From Blepharisma stoltei ATCC 30299 (Eukaryota; Protista; Ciliophora): a DNA stretch of 64,000 nucleotides. Location: positions 434,001 to 498,000 of the forward strand of contig CBFDEM010000043.1 in the NCBI GenBank assembly GCA_965603825.1, in the 5' to 3' direction. A program made the position numbers and the translations under genes. A model generated the notes under the pieces. It saw only the letters and a program-made list of their open reading frames with translations, was not told the origin of the DNA and searched no databases. Numbering within the stretch: the first letter of the stretch is position 1; every line of letters begins with the position of its first letter. Positions 10,504 through 21,981 of this stretch are shown here, piece by piece.

Positions 10504-11023
10504 TTTAAATATAAATGTTAGATATTTAACGACATTTATTTTTGAATTTTGAACTTTTGGAGCCTAATGCCTATCTATAGAAAATAGAAATGAAAAGTAT
10601 GGAAATTTGAAAACTATGATTGAATAAACTTTAAAATGCTTTTTATATTTCGATTAAAGAGCTATAATTAATGAAAATTAATTTATAAGAATTGTTGGTG
10701 CTATTTTTGCGATAGGTCTGGATAATCAAAGCTGAATTATATTTACCCTTAAAGTTTAATTTTACTTTGATAAAACTTCATCTTTTAAGACTTCAAGAGA
10801 TTCAGGCTTATGATGCTCAACATTTATATTTAAATCTATTCTTGATTTATATACTAAAACTAGGTAAGATATAATATTAAGGCAATTCTTATCACCTCTC
10901 ATATAAAAACCATCTATTTTAAACTAATTTAAATTCTATCTCATTAACGATCCCTATTTATTTTCATTTATTATCTGTAAGCTTCAACGCAGTTTACGCA
11001 AATAATTATATTATCTTTAGCCT

Positions 11024-11773
11024 ATGAACGTTAGCCCTATCGTATTTTTTAGTAACCCATACATACCAGACGAGATTTCTTCATCATTGAGGGAAATAGG
11101 ACTTCAAGTATTATGTGTTCCAGTTCTAGAAACAAACTATGAAAAGCATGAAGGAAACGTAAAAAAAGCTTTTGAAAACCTCCAAAAAATAAAAGCAGTT
11201 ATATTTCCCAGCCATCGGTCAGTATTAGCTCTTGGAAGAATTGGTATTAATATACGACACTTGAAATGATACGCACTTAGAGAAAGCACTGCAAATGTTT
11301 GTTTTGACATTTTGTCGAAAATCCCAGAAGTTACCGTTAAAAAAGGTGCTTCCGAGTTGGTAGAAGTTTTGAAAACTGACCCAGATCTCAAAGAAGGCCA
11401 AGTAATTTTTTTAAACGGCTATAGGCAAAAAAATTCCTACATTAGACAGTTAAAAGAATTTGGAGTTAACATTAAAAGCGTCTGCTGCTTCTCCACCTCA
11501 TCTATATATAAAGCAGACATCTTAAATTCACTCAAAGGGATCACGCCAGTAGGTTGCGTATTTTTTAACATTTCTGGTATACGAATTGCATATAATGCAT
11601 TGAAAAGCAGTGAATGATCATGAAAAGATAAATGCATTTTTGCAACTGGTGAAGCGATTGCAAAGATAATTAAAGAAAAAAAGGAAATCAAAAGATGTGA
11701 TGGTGTCGCCCAAGACTCGAATTTAGAAGGCATAAAAGAGATGCTGCAAAAATTTTTCCAATGTAAATGCTAG
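11024..11773 (+). CDS. Uroporphyrinogen-III synthase (HemD/UROS)-like protein, divergent
   Basis: Track ORFs 11024 and 11312 join in frame through TGA=W. HemD-like pattern: LREIGLQVLCVPVLET, AVIFPS..SV, YALRESTA, GASEL, VIFLNG, LKEFGVNIKSVCCFST, IFATGEAIA; ends TAG. Confidence 0.7.
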
Positions 11774-11820
11774 GGTAGTGTTAATAATAGATTTTTAGAT
11801 TTATACAGTAAATAAATAAA

Positions 11821-12258
11821 ATGAATGAACCCAAAAACCTTCATTCTAGCATAGTAAAAAAGGAGCATTCCAGCGTTTCTAATTTAGAATCGCTTGGAAG
11901 ATTGCATAGTCCAGCCTCGAGAAAGCATAATACTAGTAAATCAAGCAAAAATTTCAGATCAATGCACACTAAAAAACTGTCAGTTCCTATAATAAGTACT
12001 TACCAAATTAATGATGACAAATTATCATTAAAAATTGACACACACGTTATCAAGACTCCACCTAATATAGATCTCAAAAAATCTTCATCATGGAAAGAAG
12101 GTATCAGAACAAAGGTAACCCCAAAATTTCATTTTAATTTACAGACTGGCAATTGTTTTGAGCTTCAAGCTGTTGAAAACAGAATTGAAGCTGCAAAAAA
12201 TAAAACTTTTGGGAAATTTCAAGAAAGAAATTATCAGATGCAACACTTTAATAAGTAA
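11821..12258 (+). CDS. Hypothetical basic Ser/Lys-rich protein
   Basis: ATG-TAA ORF of 145 aa, no recognised domain. Confidence 0.55.
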   Translation: MNEPKNLHSSIVKKEHSSVSNLESLGRLHSPASRKHNTSKSSKNFRSMHTKKLSVPIISTYQINDDKLSLKIDTHVIKTPPNIDLKKSSSWKEGIRTKVTPKFHFNLQTGNCFELQAVENRIEAAKNKTFGKFQERNYQMQHFNK

Positions 12259-12327
12259 AAATAATGAAATAGTCTTCATATAAAAAATTTTTAATCTAAA
12301 AAGATTTATTCAAGTTTTTGCATAAAT

Positions 12328-12924
12328 ATGAAATCCAACATTACACAAATTGCATCTATTTATGGGCCGGTTGTCAAAAAACAAAAGCACAAGCTTGTTC
12401 AAAACACAAGTATTAGTCATGTGTCAAAAAACGATCACTCTATTTCAAATATAAGTTTAATGCACAAGAGGCCAGTCCTGATAAAAAAGGATAAATCTCT
12501 AAAAATGCTCTCAGTTATAAAGAGAAGAGATTCGCATACAAACCTAAGAAGGGATTCAAAATCAGTCGAGCCTTTACCAATAATAAAGTCAATAACTCCT
12601 GTTCCTTCATCCCCAAAAAAGCAACTCAAACTTTTATCTGTTGATAGTTCAATAGATGAAGAATTCAAAAGACTTGACAATCTTATGATAAGGAACCAAT
12701 CTGCGAGAAATGACTTATTATCAATTCAAAAACGTATTTTAAGCCTCGGAGTCAATAAATTAATCAAAAATCGAAGGTTTATGAGCATTGGTGATGCATC
12801 TGAAAACATCAGCTTTGAACAAATAGACGAATCGTTGAAAGATCCTTGTGTTTTAAAAGCTAAACAATTAGAACATAAAAGTTCAGCGCAAAAATTAAAA
12901 CTACCTCCTTTAAGTTTGCTATAG
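12328..12924 (+). CDS. Hypothetical basic Ser/Lys-rich protein
   Basis: ATG-TAG ORF of 198 aa, no recognised domain. Confidence 0.6.
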   Translation: MKSNITQIASIYGPVVKKQKHKLVQNTSISHVSKNDHSISNISLMHKRPVLIKKDKSLKMLSVIKRRDSHTNLRRDSKSVEPLPIIKSITPVPSSPKKQLKLLSVDSSIDEEFKRLDNLMIRNQSARNDLLSIQKRILSLGVNKLIKNRRFMSIGDASENISFEQIDESLKDPCVLKAKQLEHKSSAQKLKLPPLSLL

Positions 12925-13278
12925 ATTTTTAGGTTTGATTATAAAAACCAAATTTGCTACTTTCTTATGAGATAATTTAATATGGTTTAGGTAAATAAGG
13001 TAGATGGATATCCAAAGCGGAAAATTTGAGATTGTCTTAATTTATATATCTTGTATAAATGCATAATTAATTTGGTATATTGATTAAATAAGGATAAATT
13101 CTATAGGATAAAGTGATTTCAGCCATAAGAAATTTATTAAATATTAATCTTATTCATTATCTTATACTGGATTAAAAATTAACTCTATAATGACTGCTAA
13201 AAATAATTCTGTTTTAGTTTAATGCTAATTCTATAGATAAACTTAACACCAATGTTTCCATTTCTAGTGAGTAAAAAT

Positions 13279-14205
13279 ATGAAAGTTAGCTTATCATCAG
13301 GCTATGAAATGCCTCTTCTTGCTTTTGGAACGTTTAAGATTGAACAAAATGAAGCAGATCAAGCTATACTTTCAGCTATTCAAACTGGATATCGTCATAT
13401 CGACTGCGCTTCGTTTTACCTAAATGAAGAGCATATTGGTGAGAGTATTGCTAATGCAATAAATTCAGGGGCAGTAGCCAGAGAAGAACTATTCATAGCA
13501 ACAAAAGCTTGGCCAACTCAATATCGCGATATTAGATCAGCCTGCATTAATTCATTGAGGAGGCTTAAATTGGAATATCTAGATCTCTACATTCTCCATT
13601 GGCCTCTTGCAGTTAAATCAAACCTTGAAGACCCACCTGTATTCACTCCATCAGCTGACAATTATAAAATTTTTGATAGATACCCATTGCATTTAGCATG
13701 AAAGCAAATGGAAGAGCTAGTGAAAGAAGGCTTAGTTAGAAGCATTGGAGTTAGCAATTGAACTGTTGGGCTTTTAAATGATTTGCTTAGTTATGCAACT
13801 ATTCCGCCTGTCTGCAATCAATTCGAAACTCATGCATATTACCAAAGAAAAGCGCTTATTGAATTTTGCAATTTGAATAATGTAATACCAATGGGATACA
13901 ATGTAATTTTAAAGCCTCCAAATAACCCATATTATCATTATAATGAAACTGCTCTTGAGGACCCAGCTGTTATCCAAATAGCTGAAAAAATGCAAAAAAC
14001 ACCTGCCCAGGTTTTAATTAAATGGAATTTGCAAAGAAGATGCGGCTGTGTGGTTAAATCTATAACTCCTTCAAGGATCCAAGAGAATTGGCAAAGCCAA
14101 TTTTTTGATTTAGCTGAAGAAGATATGAATACAATCAACTCATTTACGAAGCATGGGGTATTTTTAGATCCAAGTAAAATGTTTGGCATTGCGCTGAATG
14201 ATTAA
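13279..14205 (+). CDS. Aldo-keto reductase (AKR1-like)
   Basis: GYRHIDCA..Y, ELFIATKAW, LDLYILHWP, then AW(TGA)KQMEELVKEGLVRSIGVSNW(TGA), KTPAQVLIKWNLQR, KSITPSRIQEN. The start could alternatively be 13252. Confidence 0.95.
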
Positions 14206-14811
14206 CTAATCATAAACAGTTTCATTTCTAACTTGTAATAAAAATGTCTTAAATATTAGTGGCTTGTTAGTTGAAATTTAAAAATTGTAATACTCGATAA
14301 TAAATTTAGAGCCTGGATACTTATGGTGCTAAATTTGATTCATTGATGAACTCCTAAAACTCCGGCATCTTTAATTAAACTCAGCTGAATAGGAGCATAC
14401 TTTTAATAGCAAGTAATAAATGCTAAATTGATAGCTTTGAAGATATGCAATCACACAGAAAAGATTTGCTGCATATAGCTTTGCCGCATTAATCTCTAAG
14501 CAAAATACTTTAAAAAGATACTATTATCATAACTTAATTATTTGCATTTTTCATTTTCTGTTAAATTAATATGTCATTCTGGCAATTAATCAATATAGCA
14601 GCTTCAAATTATAATAGTATCAAGTAAAATCAAATTAGTAAATTGATTGAGAATTTATATAGAAAGTTTACTACTAAGCTTATTTCCTCAAAAATTCATC
14701 TTGAGTATGCTGGCTGCTCTAAAAATATTAATTCAAAACATAAAGCGGTTTCAGAAAATAGTTTTTTAAAATGAACTGGATGATTACTTATATTTAATAA
14801 ATATAAAAACT

Positions 14812-15102
14812 ATGGGCTGTGCACATCACAAAATGAAAATTCAAATTATCCAAAGTGTTTCTTTCCAAGAACCACCGAAGCGAGTCCCAACAACTATTTC
14901 TAAGCTCATATTAACCAAGGAGAAGAAAGAATCTTTATTCACAATAAGTGAAGCATCAGCAAACCTTGAGGACACTAGAAGACTGAGCAAGCTTTTCAGC
15001 AATGGAACTGTTAAGCGAGCTCTTGCTGACTCAAGAAGGATGAGCCTACTAAGTTCAGATGGAACATTAAACCAAACCTTCAAATCTGAGGTCGATTGCT
15101 AA
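14812..15102 (+). CDS. Small hypothetical protein with MGC N-terminus (possible myristoylation/palmitoylation)
   Basis: 96-aa ATG-TAA ORF starting MGCAHH. Confidence 0.55.
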   Translation: MGCAHHKMKIQIIQSVSFQEPPKRVPTTISKLILTKEKKESLFTISEASANLEDTRRLSKLFSNGTVKRALADSRRMSLLSSDGTLNQTFKSEVDC

Positions 15103-15378
15103 ATTTTTGCTTGGATATCAAGCTGTTTATATGCCGATATGTAATTAAATAATATATTTGCATTCTTTTAATGATTCGAACTTAAATTGAAATCCAATTT
15201 GGAGTCTGGTTAAATAATTCTAATCAAGCAATTATATAATTTTTAGAGCAACAGTATTTGTTTGGGAAGATATTATCCATTTTCTTTGCCTATTTATTCT
15301 CGAACTTTGAAAAAATATAAAAAAAATAATATTTTGGTCCAATTCTTTGATGTAATTAAATTATAAATCAATTTTACC

Positions 15379-17964
15379 TTAAAGATCAACCTTTTTACCT
15401 TCTTCTGAGTTTGTTTCTTTCTTTTCTTCAGTCTTTTCAGCTTTTGGAGGTTCTTGTGTAGTTTCTTCTTCTTTATTGTTTAACTCTTCTAAATTTTTTG
15501 CTTCTCCCTCTTCTACATTATCTGCGCTCTCAGCTGTTTCTTCATCATTTTCACCATCTAAAATTTCAACATCTCCTTCTTCATTTGTTCCTTCCTCATC
15601 TTCATCATCTCCTTCTGGAAGATCAGGCTCAGCTAAAGGCTCGGTAGGCGAAACTTGCATCTTTTTGCTCATCATTCTATATATTCTGCTAGAAAAATCT
15701 GGATCTTCATTAAGTGCAAAACCAGATGCAAGCAGCCCTGTGTAGTAGTACATCCACCCATAATCTCTCAATTGTTGAGTGCTTGGATCATCTTCTACCA
15801 ATTCAAGCATCTTTTTAATCGCTGGATGAGCAGGATTTATTTCAAGAATTTTTCTTGGCACATAGTGATCTGGGATTTTTTGCTGGTTTGAGTAAGCCTG
15901 AGACTTAGCAATTCTATACATATTGGCTGTATACCCAGACTCTTGGCTTACAATAACGACTGGATCTGTTGTAAGTCTTCTGCTAAGTGTGACTTTATCG
16001 ACTTCTCTTCCTAATTGTGATTTCCACCAATCTGTTAATGGTTTGAACAACTCCTTAAGTTTTTGTTCTTTTTTCTCTTCATACTCAGTCATGACTCCAA
16101 GGTCAAGTTCTCCTTTTGCCAGATTTTTAACCTTTTTTTCATCAAAATCTTTGATGTAGCTAAAAGCGAATTCATCAAGAGGATCATCAAGCAAAATGAC
16201 TTCATATCCCATTTTTACTAATTTCTGTATATGAGGAGCCTTTTTAAGAGCTTCTAAATCTTCTCCAGCAAGATAATAAATGAATTCTTGAGTAGACGGC
16301 ATTCTCTCAACATACTCTGCAAACGATGTAAGATCTTTTTCATCCCCACTTGTGGCAGTGCTTTGAAATCTCAATAGTTTAACCAGCTTATTTCTATTAC
16401 TAGCATCCTCAATAACTCCAGTTTTAATCGCCTTAGAAAAGTTTTTCCAGAACTCTGCATATCTTTCTTTTCCTTTTTTAAGACTCCACCTAAGCAAGAT
16501 CTGGTACTCTTGGTCCATATCTTTTTTGACCTCTTCGTCTTCTCCTGTGTATTTCCAATCATCTTCATTTGGTCTTTCAGCTTTCCACTCATCTTTGTCA
16601 TTAGCTAAATCTAGTAAAGTATCAAGGACTTTTTTGACTATTTTGTTGTTCATGATTTTGAAGATTCTTTGCTGCTGTAAGGTTTCTCTGGAGACATTTA
16701 AAGGCATGTCGTCTGAATGGATGACTCCTTTTAAGAAATTTAAATATTTTGGAATTAAATCTTCTGGACCTTCTGTAATAAGAACTCTTCGGACGTAAAG
16801 TCTTAAGCCTGACTTAGATTTGGTGACTTCTTCATACATGTCAACAGGTGGATTGTCAGGGATGAAGATAATGGCTCTAAAATCGACTTCTCCTTCTCCA
16901 TGGAAATGGGTGAAATATAGAGGCTCTGAGCCATCTTTTTTTAAGGTTTGGTACAGTTTGACGTAGTCTTTGATTTTGTTCTCTTTAGGCTCATTAAGCC
17001 AAATTGCTTTTTTAGTGTTTACTTGTTCCCAGAGCCACTCTGTTGTTTTTTCGCTTTTTGTTCTTTTCTTTTCTTCATCAGAAAGGGTAGGTTCTTCTAT
17101 TTCATCAGGGACTTCTTCTCCATTAGCAATTTTTTCTTCTCTTTCTTTTAATAAAGCAGCTCTTTTTTCTTCCAATTTTTTGGCTTCTTTGACTTCTTCT
17201 TCCTTTATTTCTTCTTCTGTCATCGGTACATCAATATACTTGTCTTTTTCCAAATACAGATATATAGGATAATCAATAAATTCTGAGTAGCTTTTAATTG
17301 TATCTTGAATAGTCTTTTTATCTAAAAATTCTTCAGCATCTTGTTTAAGCTTAAGAATAACTTCAGTTCCTCTTCCCAAAGTGTTTCCTCTTGGATCTTT
17401 CTTAACAGTAAACTGAGGTCCAGCAGAAGAAGTCCAGATGTATTGGTCATCGTCATCATGTTTACTTACAACAGTAACCTTATCTGCAGCTAAGAAACTG
17501 CTATAAAAACCAACACCAAACTGCCCAATTAGATTTATACTCCCACCTTTTGCAATGGCTTCTAAAAATTGTGTAGTTCCTGACCTTGCGACTGTGCCTA
17601 GTTTTTCGACTAAATCAGTTTTGGTCATCCCAATTCCTTTGTCTGAAATGGTCAATGTTTTTTTTGCAGGATCATAAGATATGCGGATTTCTAAATCACC
17701 GTAGTCTTTTTCTGGGTTCATTAGAGCAAGAAATCTGACTTTGTCCATAGCGTCTGATGCATTAGAAATGAGTTCTCTTAAGAAGACTTCTTTATTGATG
17801 TAAAGAGAGTTTATGATGATATCCATGAGACTTGCGACTTCTGCTTGAAATTCGTATTTTTCTGATGTTTCTTCGAGAGTAGTCAGCTCGTGGTCTTTTG
17901 ATACTTCTTCTTCAATTCCGTGGGCTGTTAAGACTAACAGCAAAAGTAAGTACCTAAAGGACAT
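15379..17964 (-). CDS. HSP90B1: Endoplasmin / GRP94 (ER HSP90)
   Basis: Signal peptide, FLRELISNASDA, IGQFGVGFYS, PLNVSRETLQQ, LEINPAHP, acidic tail, C-terminal KVDL (KDEL-like). Confidence 0.95.
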   Translation of the reverse strand: MSFRYLLLLLVLTAHGIEEEVSKDHELTTLEETSEKYEFQAEVASLMDIIINSLYINKEVFLRELISNASDAMDKVRFLALMNPEKDYGDLEIRISYDPAKKTLTISDKGIGMTKTDLVEKLGTVARSGTTQFLEAIAKGGSINLIGQFGVGFYSSFLAADKVTVVSKHDDDDQYIWTSSAGPQFTVKKDPRGNTLGRGTEVILKLKQDAEEFLDKKTIQDTIKSYSEFIDYPIYLYLEKDKYIDVPMTEEEIKEEEVKEAKKLEEKRAALLKEREEKIANGEEVPDEIEEPTLSDEEKKRTKSEKTTEWLWEQVNTKKAIWLNEPKENKIKDYVKLYQTLKKDGSEPLYFTHFHGEGEVDFRAIIFIPDNPPVDMYEEVTKSKSGLRLYVRRVLITEGPEDLIPKYLNFLKGVIHSDDMPLNVSRETLQQQRIFKIMNNKIVKKVLDTLLDLANDKDEWKAERPNEDDWKYTGEDEEVKKDMDQEYQILLRWSLKKGKERYAEFWKNFSKAIKTGVIEDASNRNKLVKLLRFQSTATSGDEKDLTSFAEYVERMPSTQEFIYYLAGEDLEALKKAPHIQKLVKMGYEVILLDDPLDEFAFSYIKDFDEKKVKNLAKGELDLGVMTEYEEKKEQKLKELFKPLTDWWKSQLGREVDKVTLSRRLTTDPVVIVSQESGYTANMYRIAKSQAYSNQQKIPDHYVPRKILEINPAHPAIKKMLELVEDDPSTQQLRDYGWMYYYTGLLASGFALNEDPDFSSRIYRMMSKKMQVSPTEPLAEPDLPEGDDEDEEGTNEEGDVEILDGENDEETAESADNVEEGEAKNLEELNNKEEETTQEPPKAEKTEEKKETNSEEGKKVDL

Positions 17965-18362
17965 ATTTATACACGTGTTAAAAAGGAATTATTTAAGATT
18001 ATTTTTTTGATAGATGAAATGAATGTATGCGAATTCTCTTAATTGCAATCGAAATAAATTGATTTGAAGATTGATGAAAAAGTATGACTGATAAATACGA
18101 TAAAATAAACTAATCACACAATTATCAATAAATTACAAATTTGACTAAAATATTTTGAGCTTAGACTCAATTTAAGATAATTTTATATAATTCTGAATTT
18201 TCGAGAAACTTTCGACTTTAATTTGGTGTGCTGCTTATAGCCAAATTGCAACAATGATAAAAATTGAATTAATATTGATCTATGCTTGTATTAAAGAATA
18301 AAAAACAAAATTATATAAATATCAATTTATAAAATTAAAATAAAAAGATTATAATTTTAATT

Positions 18363-19772
18363 ATGCAGACTTATAAATGCTGCTATCAAATGTGCCTAGA
18401 CATTCCTAAATGAATGTGTGCATGTTCAAGTCCTCCTTGCTTATTATGCCAGAGCCATCTTGGAGTTCACCTTGTAGCAAATGCTTCACCTTCTTGTAGC
18501 CCACAAATTATCGAGCTTCAGCCCGTAAATGCTGGAAGTAAAATAAAATTTATTCAGCACATCAAGTCCCAACAACTTTATATAGAGAAAACAAAGAAAG
18601 ACTTAATAATACAAGCCAGCAATATAAATGACTTGATCAGTAAAGTGCTGACAAAGGCTTTGAGAGATCTTAAAGGATTAGAAACACGTTGCTCTTTGCT
18701 ATTAAAAAAAGCAATTAATATGAATACTAATTGCTCTCCTTACTGCGAGGTTGGGTCTATTTTATCAAAAAACCCAGATGAAATCAATAGCTTGCTTCCC
18801 AGCTGGAATTTTTCAGAGTTTTTAAACCCTATTAATGGAATATTCGCAAATCTAGAGCAATATCTTAATACAAATTTTGCTCTTATTGATCCTCAAAATG
18901 CACAAATCCATAATATTGCTCCCAGCCCTTTACCTCAGCTATTGCCAAAAAATCCTTCTTCATCAAATGGTACAAATCCTCAGGAAATTCCGCTCCCCGG
19001 AAGCAGTCTCATTTTTTATCATTCCACAAATAAACAAATAATCGAAATTGACACAATTACAAATACCACTAGAAATGACTCAATAAGGCTTGAAAGCTAT
19101 ATGTCTCAAGGAATTTCTATGATTAGGCTTCCAAATAGGACTATATTCTGCTATGGAGACACTGATGACAATAGAAAAGGATCTACTTTCATTATTGAAA
19201 GCAAATCAAGAATCACGCATCTGCAAAATGGCTGGCCTTGCAAATGAGCATCACTCGCATACTTGAATGGAAATATTTATGCATTTGGAGGATCTGAAGG
19301 ATTGAACAAGCTAAATACATTTCGTAGGTTTGACATTGTCAGCAAGAGGTGGAATCAGCCTGGAACAATGCCCATCTTTATGAAGCATTCTTCAGCAGTA
19401 ACTTTTCAAGGGAAAGTTTATGTAGTCGACTATGACACTGGACATCTTTATTCACTAGACCCAGATACCGGCATTTTTTCTCAACGAATCCAGGCGTTCA
19501 AAGCTGCAGCTTTGAAATTGCTATTTTCAGACATGGATAATCTTTATGTGATAGAGTCAGGAGGATCTATCTATATGGGTAATCCTCCAAATAAATTGGC
19601 TAAAGTACATGGTCCGATGCCTAATCTTTTTGCTGATAAACTTGCTTCACCCATTTTAGTTATTGATAGTTTTGCTTATTATGTTGCACTTCAAAGCCAA
19701 GCATCAGAGTATTTTTTATACAAATTTGACATGAAGAGGCGAGTAAACTCAAAGGAAAATGAATGGCTATAG
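18363..19772 (+). CDS. Kelch-repeat protein with N-terminal Cys/His zinc-binding motif and coiled coil
   Basis: One frame with TGA=W at 18411 and 19245: CCYQMC..W.CAC...LCQSHLGVH, IFCYGD, IYAFGG..FD....W, VYVVD; ends TAG. Confidence 0.8.
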
Positions 19773-19790
19773 TATAGACATATTATTAAT

Positions 19791-20408
19791 TTAAATATTT
19801 CTTATTACAATTTTCGGATCATTTAATTTGCTAGGTAAAACAACTTCTTCATTTGATGATTCACTTCTAGCACTTAATTTTAAGTCTTCGCTCATTATTT
19901 TTTTATGTCTTATCGGAGCTCCACATGATCTGTCTCGGTTTTTTCTAAGTGTGTGCCTCTCAGATTTCAGACGACTTACACTGGGGCAAAGTTGTCTTAC
20001 AAACAAATTTTCTTTAACAACTATAGGATCAAGTTGGAGATAAGTTTTAAAGATATTACTTGAAGGAATAGAATTGGCAGATCGTTTATGCTTGACAAAA
20101 CTTAAATTGCTTTTCTCTTTTCTTGTGAAAACTTTGAACTTTCTTGTGGATTTATTAACTGAGGCTGGAAATTGTGCATTTTCACTACTTTGGAAACTGT
20201 CAAAAGATTTATAATTATCAATTGAATTTCGAATTGAACGCTTTCCATGCGAGATTTTATCTAATGATACTTCAATTAATGACTTTAATTTTTCCAAATT
20301 TTCGTTATTAGCTCTGTGTGGGGAAAAGTTTCTGAGTTTCAATTTTTCTCTTGATTTGATTTTCTGGATTCATTCGTTGAGTTTTTGATTTTCTGAAATT
20401 GAAAACAT
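19791..20408 (-). CDS. Hypothetical basic protein
   Basis: The ORF extends upstream through TGA to an ATG at 20408; ends TAA. Confidence 0.6.
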
Positions 20409-20449
20409 GCTTATTATAAAGGGTCATTTTAATCTTAAATTCCATAATT

Positions 20450-21457
20450 ATGAATTCTCTGCCTTTTCCTATTTGGGCTCTGTGCTTTTACAAAGATAAC
20501 ATTCTTATAAGTGGAGGAGGCGGTGGCAAAGCATACGGCGTCAAAAACATGCTTGCTCTATACAAAGCTGAAATTCCATTAAAAACTCCAATCAAAGAAG
20601 AAGACACAGGTACAGATTTAGTTGGATCTTTAGAATGACTCAAAAAAATAGATATCATTATAGCAGGAATCAGAAAAGATATTCTCATTATAAGAATTTC
20701 CCCAAAATCCGACATAGAAAAAGTCCATAGAATCCAATGTGAAGAGGAAAAATCAATTTCATATATAAAAGGATCAGCAGACAATACAATGCTTTTGGAG
20801 GGAGCTGATGAAGGATCTATAAAGCTCTGAAGAATTAACGGTGGAGATAAAAGTCTATCGAGGATTACTGAGATGAAACATAATAGTAGTCTGACAGGGA
20901 TAGATATTATGCCAAACAATTTAATGGTTTGCGCTACGTTTAAAGACAAAACTTGTAGAATTTATGAAATTCCGAGTGGATTACATATGAAAACTCTTTA
21001 TTTTTCAAGAAAATGCGACCCACAAGGGCTTATGTTTAAAGGCTGCTGCTTTTCTGAAAAAAATGATTATTTGTATACAATACAAACAGGATTGAAAGCT
21101 GGGAGCTATTTTACAAAATGAGACGTAAATAAGGGTTTTCATCCAATAAACACAAAACAAATTCATAGTGGTCAATCTTGTGTATTAAAAGGAAGCAAAT
21201 CAGGAAAATATGCAGCAATAGGAACAAGTGATGGGTCTCTAAAAGTGATAGACACTCAAAATTTATCATTAATATATAGCCATCTTGAGTTCTCTCTGCC
21301 AGTGACAGCTCTTGATTTTAGCATGTCTGAAAAATCAATTTTTGCTGGATCTGCTGATTATGCATACAAGAGGATCACCGTAAAAGAGTCTAGCAAAGTA
21401 TGCTATTTCGTTATAGCACTTATTATAGCAATCATAATTCCTTATTTATTTTATTAG
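20450..21457 (+). CDS. SEC12: SEC12/PREB-like WD40 Sar1 GEF
   Basis: GGGGGKAYGVKN motif, WD-like repeats with TGA=W at 20636, 20828 and 21119, GSAD, C-terminal TM helix. Confidence 0.85.
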
Positions 21458-21591
21458 AATAAATCTTTTAGTTCAATTATCGTTTAAAAGGATTTTGCTA
21501 CCAATAGCAAATGCTGCATTTCAATTAAATCAAGCCTTGCATATCTAATTTCACAGAGACATGCAAACATGTTGATAAATTATACATATAA

Positions 21592-21957
21592 ATGGCAGCC
21601 TCTCTGAATTCATACTTTGAAAACTGTGGAAGATCTCTTGAAGTGACATCCTTAAGCTTATGTGACAATAACGGTGTAGAAATTATCAACTGGGGTGAAA
21701 AGATCCAAGAAATTCAGCTTTTATCTGCAATGTTCCAAAGCACACTTGAAAACTCTGTTAAACTCCCAATTGGTAGAGCCAAACATATTACGCTGTTTTA
21801 CTCACAAAAAGTCCTAATCCAAAAGAGCATGGATTCAATGTTTTTAGCAATTGTAATGCCTCGAGATGGGCCTATTGGGAAAGTGTTGACCCAATTAGAC
21901 AAAATAGAAAGAGATCTTTCACCATTAGCCCAGATAATTGCATCAAGAGAGTCATAA
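21592..21957 (+). CDS. LAMTOR3: Ragulator subunit LAMTOR3 (MP1), roadblock fold
   Basis: LCDNNGVEI, SAMFQSTLENSVKLPIGRAKHITLFY, and a GxxL...L.PL C-terminus typical of MP1. Confidence 0.8.
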   Translation: MAASLNSYFENCGRSLEVTSLSLCDNNGVEIINWGEKIQEIQLLSAMFQSTLENSVKLPIGRAKHITLFYSQKVLIQKSMDSMFLAIVMPRDGPIGKVLTQLDKIERDLSPLAQIIASRES

Positions 21958-21981
21958 TCGAATTAATATAAGAAAAATTAA

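Noticed and set aside
12255-12272. GTAAAAATAATGAAATAG as an intron joining the 11821 and 12328 ORFs
   Set aside because: It is 18 nt, departs from the consensus, and the following sequence is AT-rich and non-coding-like.
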